The position numbers and the translations under genes were made by a program. Source: the human T2T-CHM13v2.0 reference genome, Homo sapiens. From it: 64,000 nucleotides of DNA. Below the pieces are notes generated by a model. That model had not been told where the DNA came from, made no database searches, and saw only the letters and a program-made list of their open reading frames with translations. Within the stretch, counting starts at the first letter, position 1; every line of letters starts with the position of its first letter. Below are positions 25,428 to 38,230 of this stretch, piece after piece. The stretch lies in the NCBI RefSeq assembly GCF_009914755.1, contig NC_060932.1; one strand, written 5' to 3'.

Positions 25428-26123
25428 GTATCATCACCATCACCATAATCATCATTGTCATCGTGATCTTCTTCATTTTGTTTTTCTTCATTGTCATCAT
25501 CATCATCATTACCATAGTCATTACCACCATCATCATCATCACCATCATTACCATCATCATCATTACGACCATCATCATCACCATCATCATCATCATCATC
25601 ACCATCACTATCGTCATCATCATCATCACCACCACCATCACCATCACTATCGTCATCATCATCATCACCACCACCATCACCATCACTATCGTCATCATCA
25701 TCATCACCACCACCATCACCATCACTATCGTCATCATCGCCATCATCATCATTAGCATCTCCACTGTCACCACCACCATCACCATCGTAACCATCCTTAG
25801 CACCACCATCCTCATCACCATCATCCTCACCACCATTACCATCATCATCAACCCCTTCATCACCATTACCATCATCATCATTACCATCGTGATAATCTTC
25901 ATCCTCTTCATCATCATCATTATCACCATTACCATCGTCACCACCACATTACCATCATCATCATCTTCATCATTATTACCATCATCATCCTTACCATCCT
26001 GATCATCGTTTTCATCATCACAACCATCACCATTATCACCACTACAATCACCATCGGTACCATCATCATCGTTGTCATCTTTTTATCTTCATGGTCACAA
26101 TCACTATCACCATCTCCACCACC
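25428..26123. repeat. Degenerate (CAT/CAC)n trinucleotide tract with an embedded 39-bp tandem unit
   Basis: About 700 bp of ATC/ACC/GTC triplets; three exact 39-bp copies at 25601-25717. Confidence 0.95.
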
Positions 26124-28749
26124 AGCAAAGCCACTACTGCTCCTCAGTGCTCATGAGGGGAGGGCCAGTGTCAACACCTTTGTGGGCATTACCTCCTTTA
26201 GTCTTCTCAGGAGCCTTGTAAGGTAGGTCCTGAGAGGGCAGGAGGCAGGGCTTGGAGGGGTGTTTGACCATGCCCTGGAGCAGACCCCTAGCTGCAGTCT
26301 GCAATGGCCCCAGCTCCTGAGCCATCCTGCTGTTGGAGTGAGCCTGTACCTTCTCTGGTGAGCCTGGGGAGGGCAAACAGTCTTGCCCTCAACTTCCCTC
26401 CCTTCTTTCAACACATCTCTATTACAGCCCTGCCTTGTGCCAGACACCAGGTTTGAATTTGCTCCAGGCCAACATTTTTTTCATGTTCACAAAACAAAGA
26501 TTTTATTTTTTCTTATCCCCAACCTCTTCCTCCCTAATCTAAACTCATGTGAAAATAGCATGCGTAGCTGAGCCTCGGGCCAATTTGTGTCTTTGTACTC
26601 AGCACACACACTCTGTCTTTCACACCACAAACAGCTTTGCTCAGGAAAATATGTTTTCTCTCTGCAAAACTGCCATTTTCGGGCAACACATAGAAGGCAA
26701 AAAGAAACTATTTCACTTTTTCTTCCCCTGGAAAAACCCACCAAGATGTTGTTTTCCTTTGCTTTTTCTGGAGGGGAGATATTTTTGACAGCTTTCTTCC
26801 CTAATCTGGCTCTCAGCCCTGCGTCTGGTGCCAATTTGTAAAAGAAGCAGAAGAAAAACTAGATGAGCAAAGGCAAGATTCTCCCAGAGGGGCAGTATCA
26901 CCCTAGAATTCAGGAGTAGTAAGGGACCTCTGTGGCAAACCTGTTGCCTGCCCCACGGGGGAGCCCTGTCTTGGGAGCCCTGTCTCAGAAGCCCTGAATG
27001 GGGACACGCACACCTGCTTGGAAACAGCTGTGGCTAGGCAGAGGCTGCCTGCTGGGGGGATCTCCCTGTGCACTCATTCAACAGGCATCCTTCCAGACTT
27101 CCTTAGGATAGGCTGGGGACTGGGCTGGGTGCTTTGGGATGCAAAAATAAATCACACATGGATTCTGCATCAGTACTTTCCATTCCAGTATAGGAATGAA
27201 GATACAGGCAGGGCCATGTGAATAAAGTCCTAGTTTCACTGTCACGTTTATTTTAGCCAGAGTTAGGAGAGGTTTGGAGGAGGTGGTGGCACTTGGGCTT
27301 TCTAGCAAATGTCTTCTTCTAGAATGCTGCAATCAGGCCTCATCTGAAATCTGCATGAAACCCATTTGCTCTCCATTCCTTCCCTGGCCCAGCTAAGAGG
27401 ACAGCCCCTTCTCAGCAGCACAGTCCTGGGATGCTGGCAGATCCCTGCTGAGTGTCCCTGACTCTCCGGCCTTACTGTTCTATTCTCATGGCCTGTCTCC
27501 TGGAGTGGTTCTTTCTGCTGTGGGCCCCAAATTCCTGCAGCCAGGAACCCCCGTGGGCTACACTTGTCTTTGCACCTCCAGTGCCTTACTCGGACCTGCC
27601 TCAGACCTTATTGCTTACTCTCCTTCTAGTTGAAGAGAACCCACTGGGCTGGCATAAGCCCCAAGGAGAGATCTCAGGAGACCCAAGGCAAGGGTGCAGC
27701 TGAGCCGTTGGGTCACTGTGGATTAGGAGATGGAAGTCTAAAATATCCCTCATGCTCTCACGTTCTTGCACGCACTCTCTCTCTTTCTCTATTGCTCTCG
27801 CTCTTTATCTAAGCATTTTCTCTCCCAATACCAGATTCTGATTGGCCCAGCTTGGATCAGGAGCCCACCTCTGGTTCAATCAGTAGCAGCCAGTGAACAG
27901 GGTCATCTCAAACAAGACCACCATGGTTCCCCTCTGTGAAGGAAGGGAGCAGTTAGCTGGAATGGGCTTGCCGTGAGCCAGGAGAGAGCCAGTAGGTGTG
28001 CACTCTACCAACTCTGCCTTTTACTAGCTGTGCCACTTCTCAGAGCCTCAGTTTTCTAATATTTAAAATGGTCATAAGAGTACCTACTTCATAGGGCAGT
28101 TGTAACAAATACCACATTTATTGAATGGTAGTGACATAGGTGGTCAATGAGGAGCCTGAGAGGGCAATTCCCTCCTCATTTTGGGGCTTTCAGATGAGGG
28201 CATTGGAGTAGGGAGGTTTCACTTCATACCATTCCCACCCTCCACGCCTAGGAGAGACTGGCTGGCTGGCTGGCAGAGGTGAGGAACTACCGCCCATTAG
28301 GGGGATGCTGTCCTAGGGGAACCTGCTGCTGTCTACAAGGGATTAACTGAGTCCCTCCCCTCACGCCACCCCCAGGAATGTCCCTGTCACTTGTGGGACC
28401 TGAGGTTGTAAGGGACCCTTGCAGAGGTCATTGCTGGTGGGTTGGCACTCGGGCACATGCTAGATTTCTCAAGAGGGAGACTGTTTTGCTGCGGGTTGTC
28501 ACTAGGCTTACTTTTTACTTCGACATTGATCAAGGATCAAGGGTATGCAATCTGAGGATTGCTGGACACCTCCTCACTGGAGGGCATCCTGTTGGTGAGC
28601 AAGAGACACCAGCTACCAAGAGAGGCCTGTTGTTTGATGGCATCTGCAGAGAAACAATGGCAGCATGTACATTCTCAATCTGTGCAGTTTAGAACGATCC
28701 ACAGATTCTGTGGCTGGCCTTGGGACCATTCTGGAAGGCCTGTTGTCAC

Positions 28750-29310
28750 CCAGATGGAAAGGGAAGGAGGATGAGGGCAGTCCAGGCCAGGGGACTGTAT
28801 GTGGAGCCACGCGGAGGTGGAAATGAGCCCAACTCGGGCAGGCAACAGAGAGGGGGTGGACTGAGCCAAAGCAGGGATCTGTGCAGAGTGAGCTGGGACA
28901 GCTGCAGCTAGGGGTGAGACTCCTGCAGTCTGGGAATACTAGAACAGAGTGCACTTTATCCAAGCAGCAGTAGGGAGCCATAGCGGGTTGTGGAGTGATC
29001 TACATGGTTTGGGTGGTATTGCTGTTGCAGATTTGTGTGTATGATGACTGGATGAAGGGAGATTGGAGGTATGGACACCACATAGACTGTTAGAGTTCTT
29101 CTGTTATGGATGGAAAATGGCTTCAGCCAAGATCGTGGAGTAGGGATAGAAAGGTAAGAACCCAAGAGAGATTTTGAAGGGGAAATTGAGAATTGAAAAT
29201 TAGAATAAGAGAGGAGAGTTAGAGTGTCCTGGGTTCCAGGGGACTGGCTAAAGGGCAAGTGGAAATGGCACTGACGTGAGGAAATGGGGGGACTGGCAAG
29301 GAGGGACAAT
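28750..29310 (-). mobile_element. Degraded L2
   Basis: CACTTTATCCAAGCAGCAGTAGGGAGCCA..GAGAGATTTTGAAGGGGAAATTG. Confidence 0.55.
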
Positions 29311-29332
29311 GAGGTCGTCTTCTGTCATGGCA

Positions 29333-29680
29333 AATGTCAGTCAACTGGGCTGCTGTGAAGAAAGCCAGAGACTGGTGGCTCACACAGCAGACACTGATTT
29401 CTCTTGGTTCTGGAGGCTGAAGTTTGGGACCAGTGTGCCAACCATGCCCGAGTTCTTGGTGAGGACGGGAGGGCACCACCTCTTCCTGGTAGTATGCTCA
29501 CATGTCCTTCATTGGTTCATGCACTTCTGTTTATAAGGACAGAAATCCCATCATGGGGGCTACATCCTCATGACCTCATCTAAACCTAATCACCCCCAAA
29601 GACCCCATTTCCTAATACCATCACATTAAGGGTTGGAGATTTAACATATGGATCTGGGGAAACACAGTCAGTCCCTACCA
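29333..29680 (-). mobile_element. MLT1A-type MaLR LTR
   Basis: GTTCTGGAGGCTGAAGT..ATCCTCATGACCTCATCTAAACCTAATCACCCCCAAAGACCCCATTTCCTAATACCATCACATT. Confidence 0.85.
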
Positions 29681-30109
29681 GCGAATATGAGGGGTCTGTA
29701 AGGGTCTCCTAAAGGGACAACTGATGACAGCATTCAGAGACAAAAGGAAATGGAGATCTTTGCACAAGACCAGGTTGGGTGTGGCATTTGGGGGTCAACA
29801 GCCCAGAAGGAAAATTGGGACTATGAGAGTGAAGGGGCCTGGGAGGGATGATAGAGATAGGGCTGGGTTCTTGGGGACAGCTCACATGAAAGAGCAGAGC
29901 CTACGACACAGGACTGGGAGGGTCGCTGAGGACTCAGCCAGCATCACTGGTGTCCTAACAGGTGAGGCACCAGGCACAGGGTGGGGGTGACTTCCAGGCG
30001 CATGAGGTATTGTCCTGGCCCTTAAAGAGCTCATAGCTAAGTAAGATGGAGAGACAGGTACCAGGGAGCAGCCTAGTCCAGGGGGCCACCTGCAGAGAGT
30101 TCACATCCC

Positions 30110-30310
30110 ACCCTGCCACCTGCCAGCAGTGTGACCTTGGACAAGCCACTGAGCACATCTGAGACCCCGTTGTCCTGTGTGTAAATGTGGACTGTCATAG
30201 TGCCTGGGCCATAGGGTTGCTGTGAGGGTCAATGGGACAAGATATGGAAAGACCTCTGCCCAGTTCCCAGCTCATATTAAGTGCTTGCCATGAGCTGTAA
30301 TTATTAGTAA
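30110..30310 (+). mobile_element. MIR
   Basis: TGTGACCTTGGACAAGCCACT..CATAGGGTTGCTGTGAGGGTCAA. Confidence 0.7.
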
Positions 30311-30439
30311 GCGGCAAAGGTACATCCACCAAGTGCCAAATGCTACCTGTAGGAACCCCAGTGAGATTGGATGGCTGGGGTCTGGCCAGAAAGGTGGAGC
30401 TCCTACAAACAAGAATAACATGGCAATGAGCTCATCAAA

Positions 30440-31125
30440 GTAGCATGCCTCTCATTCATTGCTGGTGGGAACTCAAAATAGTACAGCTATTGGTGGTTTT
30501 GTACAAAACTAAACATAGTCTTATACAATCCAGCATAGTGTTCCTTGGCGTTTACCCAAAGGAATTGAAAATTATGTCCACAAAAATCTGCATACAGATG
30601 CGTATAGCAGCTTTATTCATACTTACTGAAACTTGGAAACAAGCAAGGTGTCCGTCAGCAGGTGAACGGGTAAACTGTGATCCATGCAAACGATGGGATA
30701 TCATTCAGTGCTAAAAAAGAAATGAGCTACCAAGCTATGAAAAAACATGGAAGAACCTATTCCTAAGTGAAGGACGCCACCCTGAAAAGGCTACTTGGTG
30801 TATGATTCCAACTAGATGACATTCTGGAAAGGCAAAACTATAAAGAGAGTAAATATCTCGGTGGTTGCCGGGGTTGGAGGGAGGCAGGGATGAACAGGCC
30901 AAGCACAGGGGGTTTTTAGGGTGGTGAAACTGCTCTGTATGTTAATAATGTAATGGTGGGTACAGATCATTATACATTCGCCAAAATTCCCAGAATGTTC
31001 AACACCAAGTATGAACCCTGATGTAACCTATGGACTCTGGGTGATGACGATCTGTCAATGTAGATTCATCGATTGCAACAAGTGCACCACTCTGGAGGGG
31101 TGGGATGTTGATAATGGGGGAGGAG
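30440..31125 (+). mobile_element. L1MC/L1MD-type 3' region
   Basis: Degenerate ORF2 end (LGVYPKELK..IAALFI..WKQARCPS) plus 3' UTR GACATTCTGGAAAGGCAAAACTAT..GAACCCTGATGTAACCTATGGACT. Confidence 0.85.
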
Positions 31126-31700
31126 AGGGGCTTCTAGCCCAGCCTCAAAGGCTGTAACTGTGGGCCTTGTAGGTAGGAGGCGCCAGGGGGAGGGGATATT
31201 TTTAAGACGTGTGATACAATGATGACCGTCCTCACTTGTTGAACACACGGAGTACCTACTCTCCTTCTGTTCTTACCCACAAGTAATGGAGCAAATAACT
31301 GGCCCCAGGCCACACTGCCAGTAGACGTGGTTGTCTTGGCCTTCATCTTGCTGCAAGGCCTTGAGCCACTGGCCCAAGATAGTCATCAGCTCAAGTGAGT
31401 TGCTGAAGCCTAATGTCATGTGACTTGGAGTAATTTACTACTTCTCTGAGCCTCAATTAGCTTGACTGTAAAATGGGGGTGAATGCCTACTTTGTAGCAT
31501 GGTGGTGAGAATTAAATGACGAAACGAATATGAATGCTCTAGATCTGCATTGGCCAATAGGAATATAAGGTGGACCATAAATGTGAATCACATTTGGGGT
31601 TTTAAATTTTCCAGTAGCTACAATAAAACAAAAAAAGTAAAAAGAAGTAAGATGAAATTAATTTTAATTCTATAACATATTTTATTTAACCCAATATACA

Positions 31701-32979
31701 TAGTCACATGCCACATAATAACATTTCAGTCAATGGTGGACTGCATATATGAGGATGGTCCCATAAGATGATAATACCATATTTTATTGTACCTTTTCTA
31801 CGTTTAAATATGTTTAGATTCACAAATACTTACCACTGTGTTACAACTGCCTACTGTATTCAGTACAGTATTGTACTGTACAGGTTTGTAGCCTAGGAGC
31901 AACAGGCTATGCCGTATAGCCTAGGTGTGTGGTAGGCAACGCCATCTACGTGTGTAGTAGGCCAGAGCATTTAGGTGTGTAGTAGGCAACAGCATCTAAG
32001 TGTATAGTAGGCTAGACCATCTAGGTGTGTAGTAGGCAACACCATCGAAGTGTGTAGTAGGCTAGACCATCTAGGTGTGTAGTAGGCTAGACTATCTAGG
32101 TGTGTAGTAGGCTAGACCATCTAAGGGTGTAGCAGGCTAGACCATCTAGGTGTGTAGTAGGCTAGGCTATCTAGGTGTGTAGTAGGCTAGACCATCTAAG
32201 GGTGTAGTAGCCTAGACCATCTAGGTGTGTAGTAGGTTAGGCTATCTAGATGTGTAGTAGGCTAGACCATCTAAGTGTGTAGTAGGCTAGACCATCTAGG
32301 TGTGTAGTAGGCTAGACCATCTAGGTGTGTAGTAGGCAACGCCATTAAGAGTTTAGTAGGCTAGACCATCTAGGTGTGTAGTAGGCTAGACCATCTAAGT
32401 GTGTAGTAGGCTAGACCATCTAGGTGTGTAGTAGGCAACGCCATTAAGAGTTTAGTAGGCTAGACCATCTAGGTGTGTAGTAGGCTAGACCATCTAAGTG
32501 TGTAGTAGGCTAGACCATCTAGGTGTGTAGTAGGCTAGACCATCTAGGTGTGTAGTAGGCTAGACTATCTAAGTGTGTAGTAGGCTAGACCATCTAGGTG
32601 TGTAGTAGGCTAGACCATCTAAGTGTGTAGTAGGCCAGACCATTTAGGTGTGTAGTAGGCAACACTATCTAAGTGTATAGTAGGCTAGACCATCTAGGTG
32701 TGTAGTAGGCTAGACCATCTAGGTGTGTAGTAGGCAACACCATTAAGAGTGTAGTAGGCTAGACTATCTAGGTGTGTAGTAGGCTAGACCATCTAAGTGT
32801 GTAGTAGGCTAGACCATCTAGGTGTGTAGTAGGCTAGACCATCTAGGTGTGTCGTAGGTGTGTAGTAGGCGACACCATCTAGGCATGTGTAACTCACTCT
32901 GTGATGCTCGTACAATGATGAAATCGCCTAACGACACATTTCTCAGAATGTATCCCCGTTGTTGATTGGTGCATGACTG
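31701..32979 (+). mobile_element. Tigger3a (MER7-type) carrying an internal minisatellite
   Basis: 5' AGTCACATGCCACATAATAACATTTCAGTCAATGG..GTACAGGTTTGTAGCCTAGGAGCAA; 3' GAAATCGCCTAACGACACATTTCTCAGAATGTATCCCCGTT..GCATGACTG followed by TA. Confidence 0.9.
31921..32883. repeat. 25-bp minisatellite, ~38 copies, consensus CTAGGTGTGTAGTAGGCTAGACCAT
   Basis: Counted unit by unit: three 24-bp variants and one partial unit. Confidence 0.97.
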
Positions 32980-34756
32980 TATAAGATATTATTGTTTAAA
33001 CATGTAATCAGTACAAAATGTATTCATGAGCTGTTTTAATCTCTTGTACTGATTCTTTGATATCTGGTCTTTGATATCTCATGTGTATTTAACAGCACAT
33101 TTCAGTTTGGACCAGCCACATTTCAAGTGCTCAGTAGCCACGTGTGCCTGGTGGCTGCCATACTGGAGGCATGGCTGTATATACACATAGGCAGTGCTAC
33201 GCCTCCCTCCACAAGCAGGGCTAATGTCACACCCCAGAGCTTCACTAATTACTCATCCAGCTCACACTCTATTTGGTGTGTATTAGTGTTATTAGATCAA
33301 GAGCTTTATTTCATGCACCATGATGTATATTAACAAATCGTAACTCATGAATTCACAAACCTGAAATCAGAGGCCCATGCAAACACAGGAATTAGGCTTT
33401 TGTTCCTGAAGCAATTTGTGTTCACTTCTTTCCGTGTACTTACCAAGCCTGGCATTAGTTGTGTGAATTTCCATCTCCCCCAGGCCGCCCCCACTCTAAG
33501 CTTCTTGGAGGGAAAGTATGTGTCTCTGGCTTCCTCTATCCCATTGGCAACCCCTCCCTGCACCCCAAGTGTCTGGCTTTCAGCAGGCCTTAGCAGGTAT
33601 TCAATAGGTATTTTTTGAATAGACTCCATTAACCAAAGGCATCGGCTCCTCTTAGAAAGGAAGCATATTATAAAGAAAAGGCTCTAAAGTCAGATTATGT
33701 AAAAATGTGTTGAAAGGCACAGGGACATCAAACGTAACCACTGAATTGAAGTTTTTATTCGAGTAGACATGAATCTGGCGGACATGAGTACAGGGTTCCT
33801 GTGGATGGGTGTGTGTTTGGGAGAAGAGGCAGGAACAGAAGTGTCTGGAAGTCTGTCACAAGCATTTGAACATATGATGAAATAAGTCCTGCTCACCCCT
33901 CTGTGACATGCTCCAGTCGGCTCCAAGGCCTCGTAGAAAGATGGGGGGATCCCTTGTTCCCATCACTGCTCACTTCCTGGATCAATCAGACTGCACCACC
34001 CCTCCTGTGGACTTTGGTTACTGGGAGCCACAGGGCCTGAGGCAGCCACTTTAGAGAGCCGGTCTTGACCACCTAATGGTGAGTGTGTGGCCAGGCCAGT
34101 CACAGGTGCTGTCTCAACTTGGGATGTGTGTGTAACTCTGGGAGGAGTAGGGATGGATGGTCCACTTCTGGAAGTTCCCAGGGCCCCAACACCCAGGTTT
34201 TGCAGCCGTCTGCTAGTCTGCACTGTCTTTAAGAGGGATCAGTTCTAGATTCTCTTCCCCATCCCATCTGTGACTTGGCCCTCTTGGGCCTCCCTGGGGG
34301 TCAATAGAGGAAATACCTTCAACAGATGGTGGAAATGTGGGAGCAAGGTTGCCTCAAAATAGTCAGGGTGATTCGGCCTCATGGGCATAGTTCTGACAGT
34401 GCCAGCATGGGACAGATGAAGTCTGGGAGAGGCCAAGCCCTGAGGATAGTCAGACACTTGGTAGGTTGTGATATTTGAGTTTATTAATAAGAAAGTAATG
34501 GCTACCACTGACTGAATGCTTATTAGGTGCCAGACAATTGACTAGGCATTTTACCTGGATTACTTTATTTAAATCTTAGAGCATCCCTACATCATGGGTT
34601 CTGTCATAGCTCCATTTCACTAATAAGGAGACAGATGTGGAGGTTGGGGAGTTGGTCCCAGGTCACCCAACTGGGGAGGGCAGAGGTTGGGGAGGGACAG
34701 GAGTCAATAACCCAAAGTCATGAAATGAGAAAGGAAGTAAACACTTGGATGGAGAA

Positions 34757-34757
<1 letters not shown>

Positions 34758-34807
<50 letters not shown>
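34758..34807. repeat. (CA)25 microsatellite
   Basis: Perfect dinucleotide run in unique flanks. Confidence 0.97.
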
Positions 34808-34810
<3 letters not shown>

Positions 34811-35400
34811 CCTAACAGGTATGTTGTCTGCAACAAGGCAAAAATAATTCATTAATATCTCATTTAAACTTGAGGGCGAGGGAATTCCTGAACCACCTCT
34901 CTGGAGCAAATAATGGAAATTGGAAATTGATTGTCATTTACCTTTGAGGAAGACTTCGGGATGTGCCATGTCTTTGGTATAGGGCTGCGTGGTGTTGTGA
35001 CGCATGTGAAGAAATACATCCAAGGACCTTCCTAAGCTCATCTGCAGCCACAATTCCCCCACCCTATTCTTCTCGTAGGGTTTTAAGTTTGCTGTCTGCA
35101 AATGTTCCTCATTCCGGAGTCTTTGGGAACCAATCCACCTAGCTGGAGAAGGACATCGTACCCTGGTAATGAAGACAGGCATAGAGAGGCACAGGGTTCA
35201 GGAGGGGACAGTCAGCACCGCAGGTGGCTCCGCAGCAGGTGAGAAATGATCCGCAGGAGGCCTTCATGGAGCCAGGGGAAAGACTCTGCTCCCAGACATG
35301 CTGAAGGCAGAGTTAGCAGTCCCTCGCTGTGGGGTTCCTCAACCCTAAATAAAGGGGAACAGGCCAGACCTTTATGCCACCTCTCACCAGCTCCTCCTCA

Positions 35401-35811
<411 letters not shown>

Positions 35812-36219
35812 CTAGGAAATGGGGACATGGAGGGAGGGCCCTCCCCAGCTTTCCACCTGCCCATTTTCTCACCGCCAGCTGACTCAGTGATTGAGACGAG
35901 TTCCTGTCTCTGGTTTTGTTCGGCACATCAGAGTCTGCGACTGAGCCTTTGGTCTGGAGTTTGAGCAAACTGGAGCTGAAATTGCCTCGACAGATACCTT
36001 GGAGCGCTGACACCGCAGCACCAGCCCTGCTGTGGCCAGGAAGGGAGGGAGGGGACTGCCTTTCCTGTGTGTCTGTGGGTCACGGCCTTGAGTTAGAGCC
36101 CCGGGCCTCCTGCCCTGGGACGTGGAGGACCTTACACAGGTGCCTGAGGAACTAAATGTTGATCAATGAAATATTTATAACAAATAAAAAAGTGGAAAAT
36201 ATTTCTCTGCTTTTGTAGT

Positions 36220-36400
36220 CTGAATGGTATAGTTGAAAAGACCCAGCTTTAAAAATAAAAAGCTTGGGTCTTGGTTCTACCACTTACTAATTGCAGGGCC
36301 TTGCGCAAGATAACCTCTCTGGGCCTCAGTGTTTGCATCTGTAAAAGGGGAATAATGTCACCCTTCTGTGGGTCGTAGGGATGGAAAAAGATGACACTGG
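36220..36400 (+). mobile_element. MIR
   Basis: AACCTCTCTGGGCCTCAGTGTTTGCATCTGTAAAAGGGGAATAAT. Confidence 0.75.
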
Positions 36401-38049
36401 AGGAAGCGCATGCATTCTCCTCTGCTCCTGCCGCCCGCTTCACCCATTGGCTGCTGACTGAGTTTGGGATTTTGACACTTAGTCTTTGTCCCATTCATGT
36501 GTCTAAGACCTAATTTCTGGTGTTTGTATAAGGTCATTTTGTGGTCTCCCACTTGGAGTGGGCCCTCTGCCTTGGACCCAGGGGGACTGCTTGGACATGT
36601 TTGAACAGCAAGAGAGTTTTGGGTCGCTGCAGGTAGAGCATAAGTACCTGTGTCCACATGTAAATCTGCTCTCCCCTAGCAATGGCCATGATCACCCAGG
36701 TGGAACAATGGGGCTTGGTTACAGCCCATGCACCTTTCCCAGGGATGCTAAGGCAACAGCACTCTGCAGCATCTTTCTCTGAACTGTTTGTGCTACTGGC
36801 ACCTACTGTTTTGTGCCATAGTTACATGAATGAGAAGGGTTGGACCTCTTTAAGAGAGGGCCCCTTTCTATCTAGGATGCACTGTCTGTGGACTGAAAGC
36901 TCTCCAGGGCAGGGGCTTCTTTGGTTATATTTCTGAAAAAGCTCCCCAGTGGGCCATGAACTCCTTCAGGCCAGTGCCTTTGTTTCTTCCCCTTTGTTTT
37001 CTGCAGTGTGCAGTCCAGTGCTCAGCTGGAGACAGAGGCTAAGGAAATGCAACTAGAAACACAAAGTAAGCAGCTGGTACCAGCCAGCAATGATGGTGGG
37101 AGGAAAGTAGGAAGGAGGAAAAAGGTTTATATGGAACAAGGCTAAGTTCAGGAAGCCAAGGTCAGGGAGACAGGCTTACCCTAAAGTTCCTTGAGGGCAG
37201 GGATTGTGTCTTATCACGTTAGTATCTCAGGAGGCTGTCAGTCTTAGCATAGTTGAATGAAGCAGGAAAGTGAAGAGAGAACATTTGAGACTCTGAATGG
37301 ATGAAAAGAAGCACCAAGAATATATAGCAGTCATGATCTCTGATGTGCTTGACAACAAAGTCTCTATGGACTCTGGAGCGTTTGGGATCCTGTGTGCTTT
37401 GGGCTCCTGGGTCCTGAGCAGACCCAGCCACTGCTCTCTGAGCTGGGTCTGTTTTCTGCTTGAAAGGGACAAAAGGCTAGAAGCTACTAATGAATTGTGC
37501 TGGGCCCTGAAGAAAGAAATGACTATCCATTTATATTTGTGTTATGAATGTAAACCATTGCTTAAACAAGGCAGTGTCTCTGTCCATGGGTTTATACATT
37601 ATACATTAAGCTCATCCTTAATCCGATGGAACTTATGGAATCCAGCAGCAGCTAGAAACTCTCAGCAGTCCATCACTTTAGCTGTACCCCTTGTTCTACT
37701 CCAAGTGCAAGAAAAATCTAAGCTTTTTACCCACATGAGTGTAGGAAGAGGGAAGACAGGGTTCTGTATAACTCTTCCTCTCCCTGTGAGACCTGCAGTG
37801 CCTTCCTGTAAGAGGCTGCAGTGTCTTAGGACACAGAGTTTCTGGTCTGAGACTCTGAGAGAAGCCCAAGATTCCTTCCTAGGACAGCTGTTTTATGGAG
37901 ATGGTTTAAAATCTGAGGAGACTAAGGCTTGACGTATCTTAAAGCCAGAAGCATTTGCCTCATAGGACCCCCTAGGGTCCCTTTGTAAAAGGTGAGCCTG
38001 AACCCCCATTTCCCAGGGCCAGATTGCATCATCTCCACAAGTAGCTCAC

Positions 38050-38230
38050 CCTTAGATAGTACCTACTCTGTGCCAGCCACTATGCTAAGCAATTCACATA
38101 TACTGACTCTCTGATCATCACAACAGCCCTAAGAGATAGTTACTCATGTCACTGCCATTTTACAGTGGATGAAACTGTTGCACAGAGAGGTCACCTGGCC
38201 TGCCCAAGTGCACACAGCAAGTTTAGGGGG
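38050..38230 (-). mobile_element. MIR
   Basis: CCTACTCTGTGCCAGCCACTATGCTAAGC..CCATTTTACAGTGGATGAAACTG. Confidence 0.75.

Larger units (their letters stand above)
31540..33175. mobile_element. MER33 (hAT-Charlie), split by a Tigger3a insertion
   Basis: Left part TTTTAAATTTTCCAGTAGC..TATTTTATTTAACCCAATATA (to ~31698). Right part from ~32982, ACAGCACATTTCAGTTTGGACCAGCCACATTTCAAGTGCTCAGTAGCCACGTGTG. Confidence 0.85.

Noticed and set aside
25367-26002. 211-aa Ile/Thr ORF and antisense 187-aa Met/Val ORF
   Set aside because: Translations of a (CAT/CAC)n tract; no complexity, splice context or protein-family signal.
31921-32883. 25-bp array as a CRISPR-like locus
   Set aside because: Units are head-to-tail with no unique spacers, derive from Tigger3a, and sit in primate DNA with no cas genes.
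37297-37932. 211-aa ATG-initiated ORF
   Set aside because: No recognisable homology or domain, and part may be an old LTR I cannot name. A BLASTP/PhyloCSF check would settle it.
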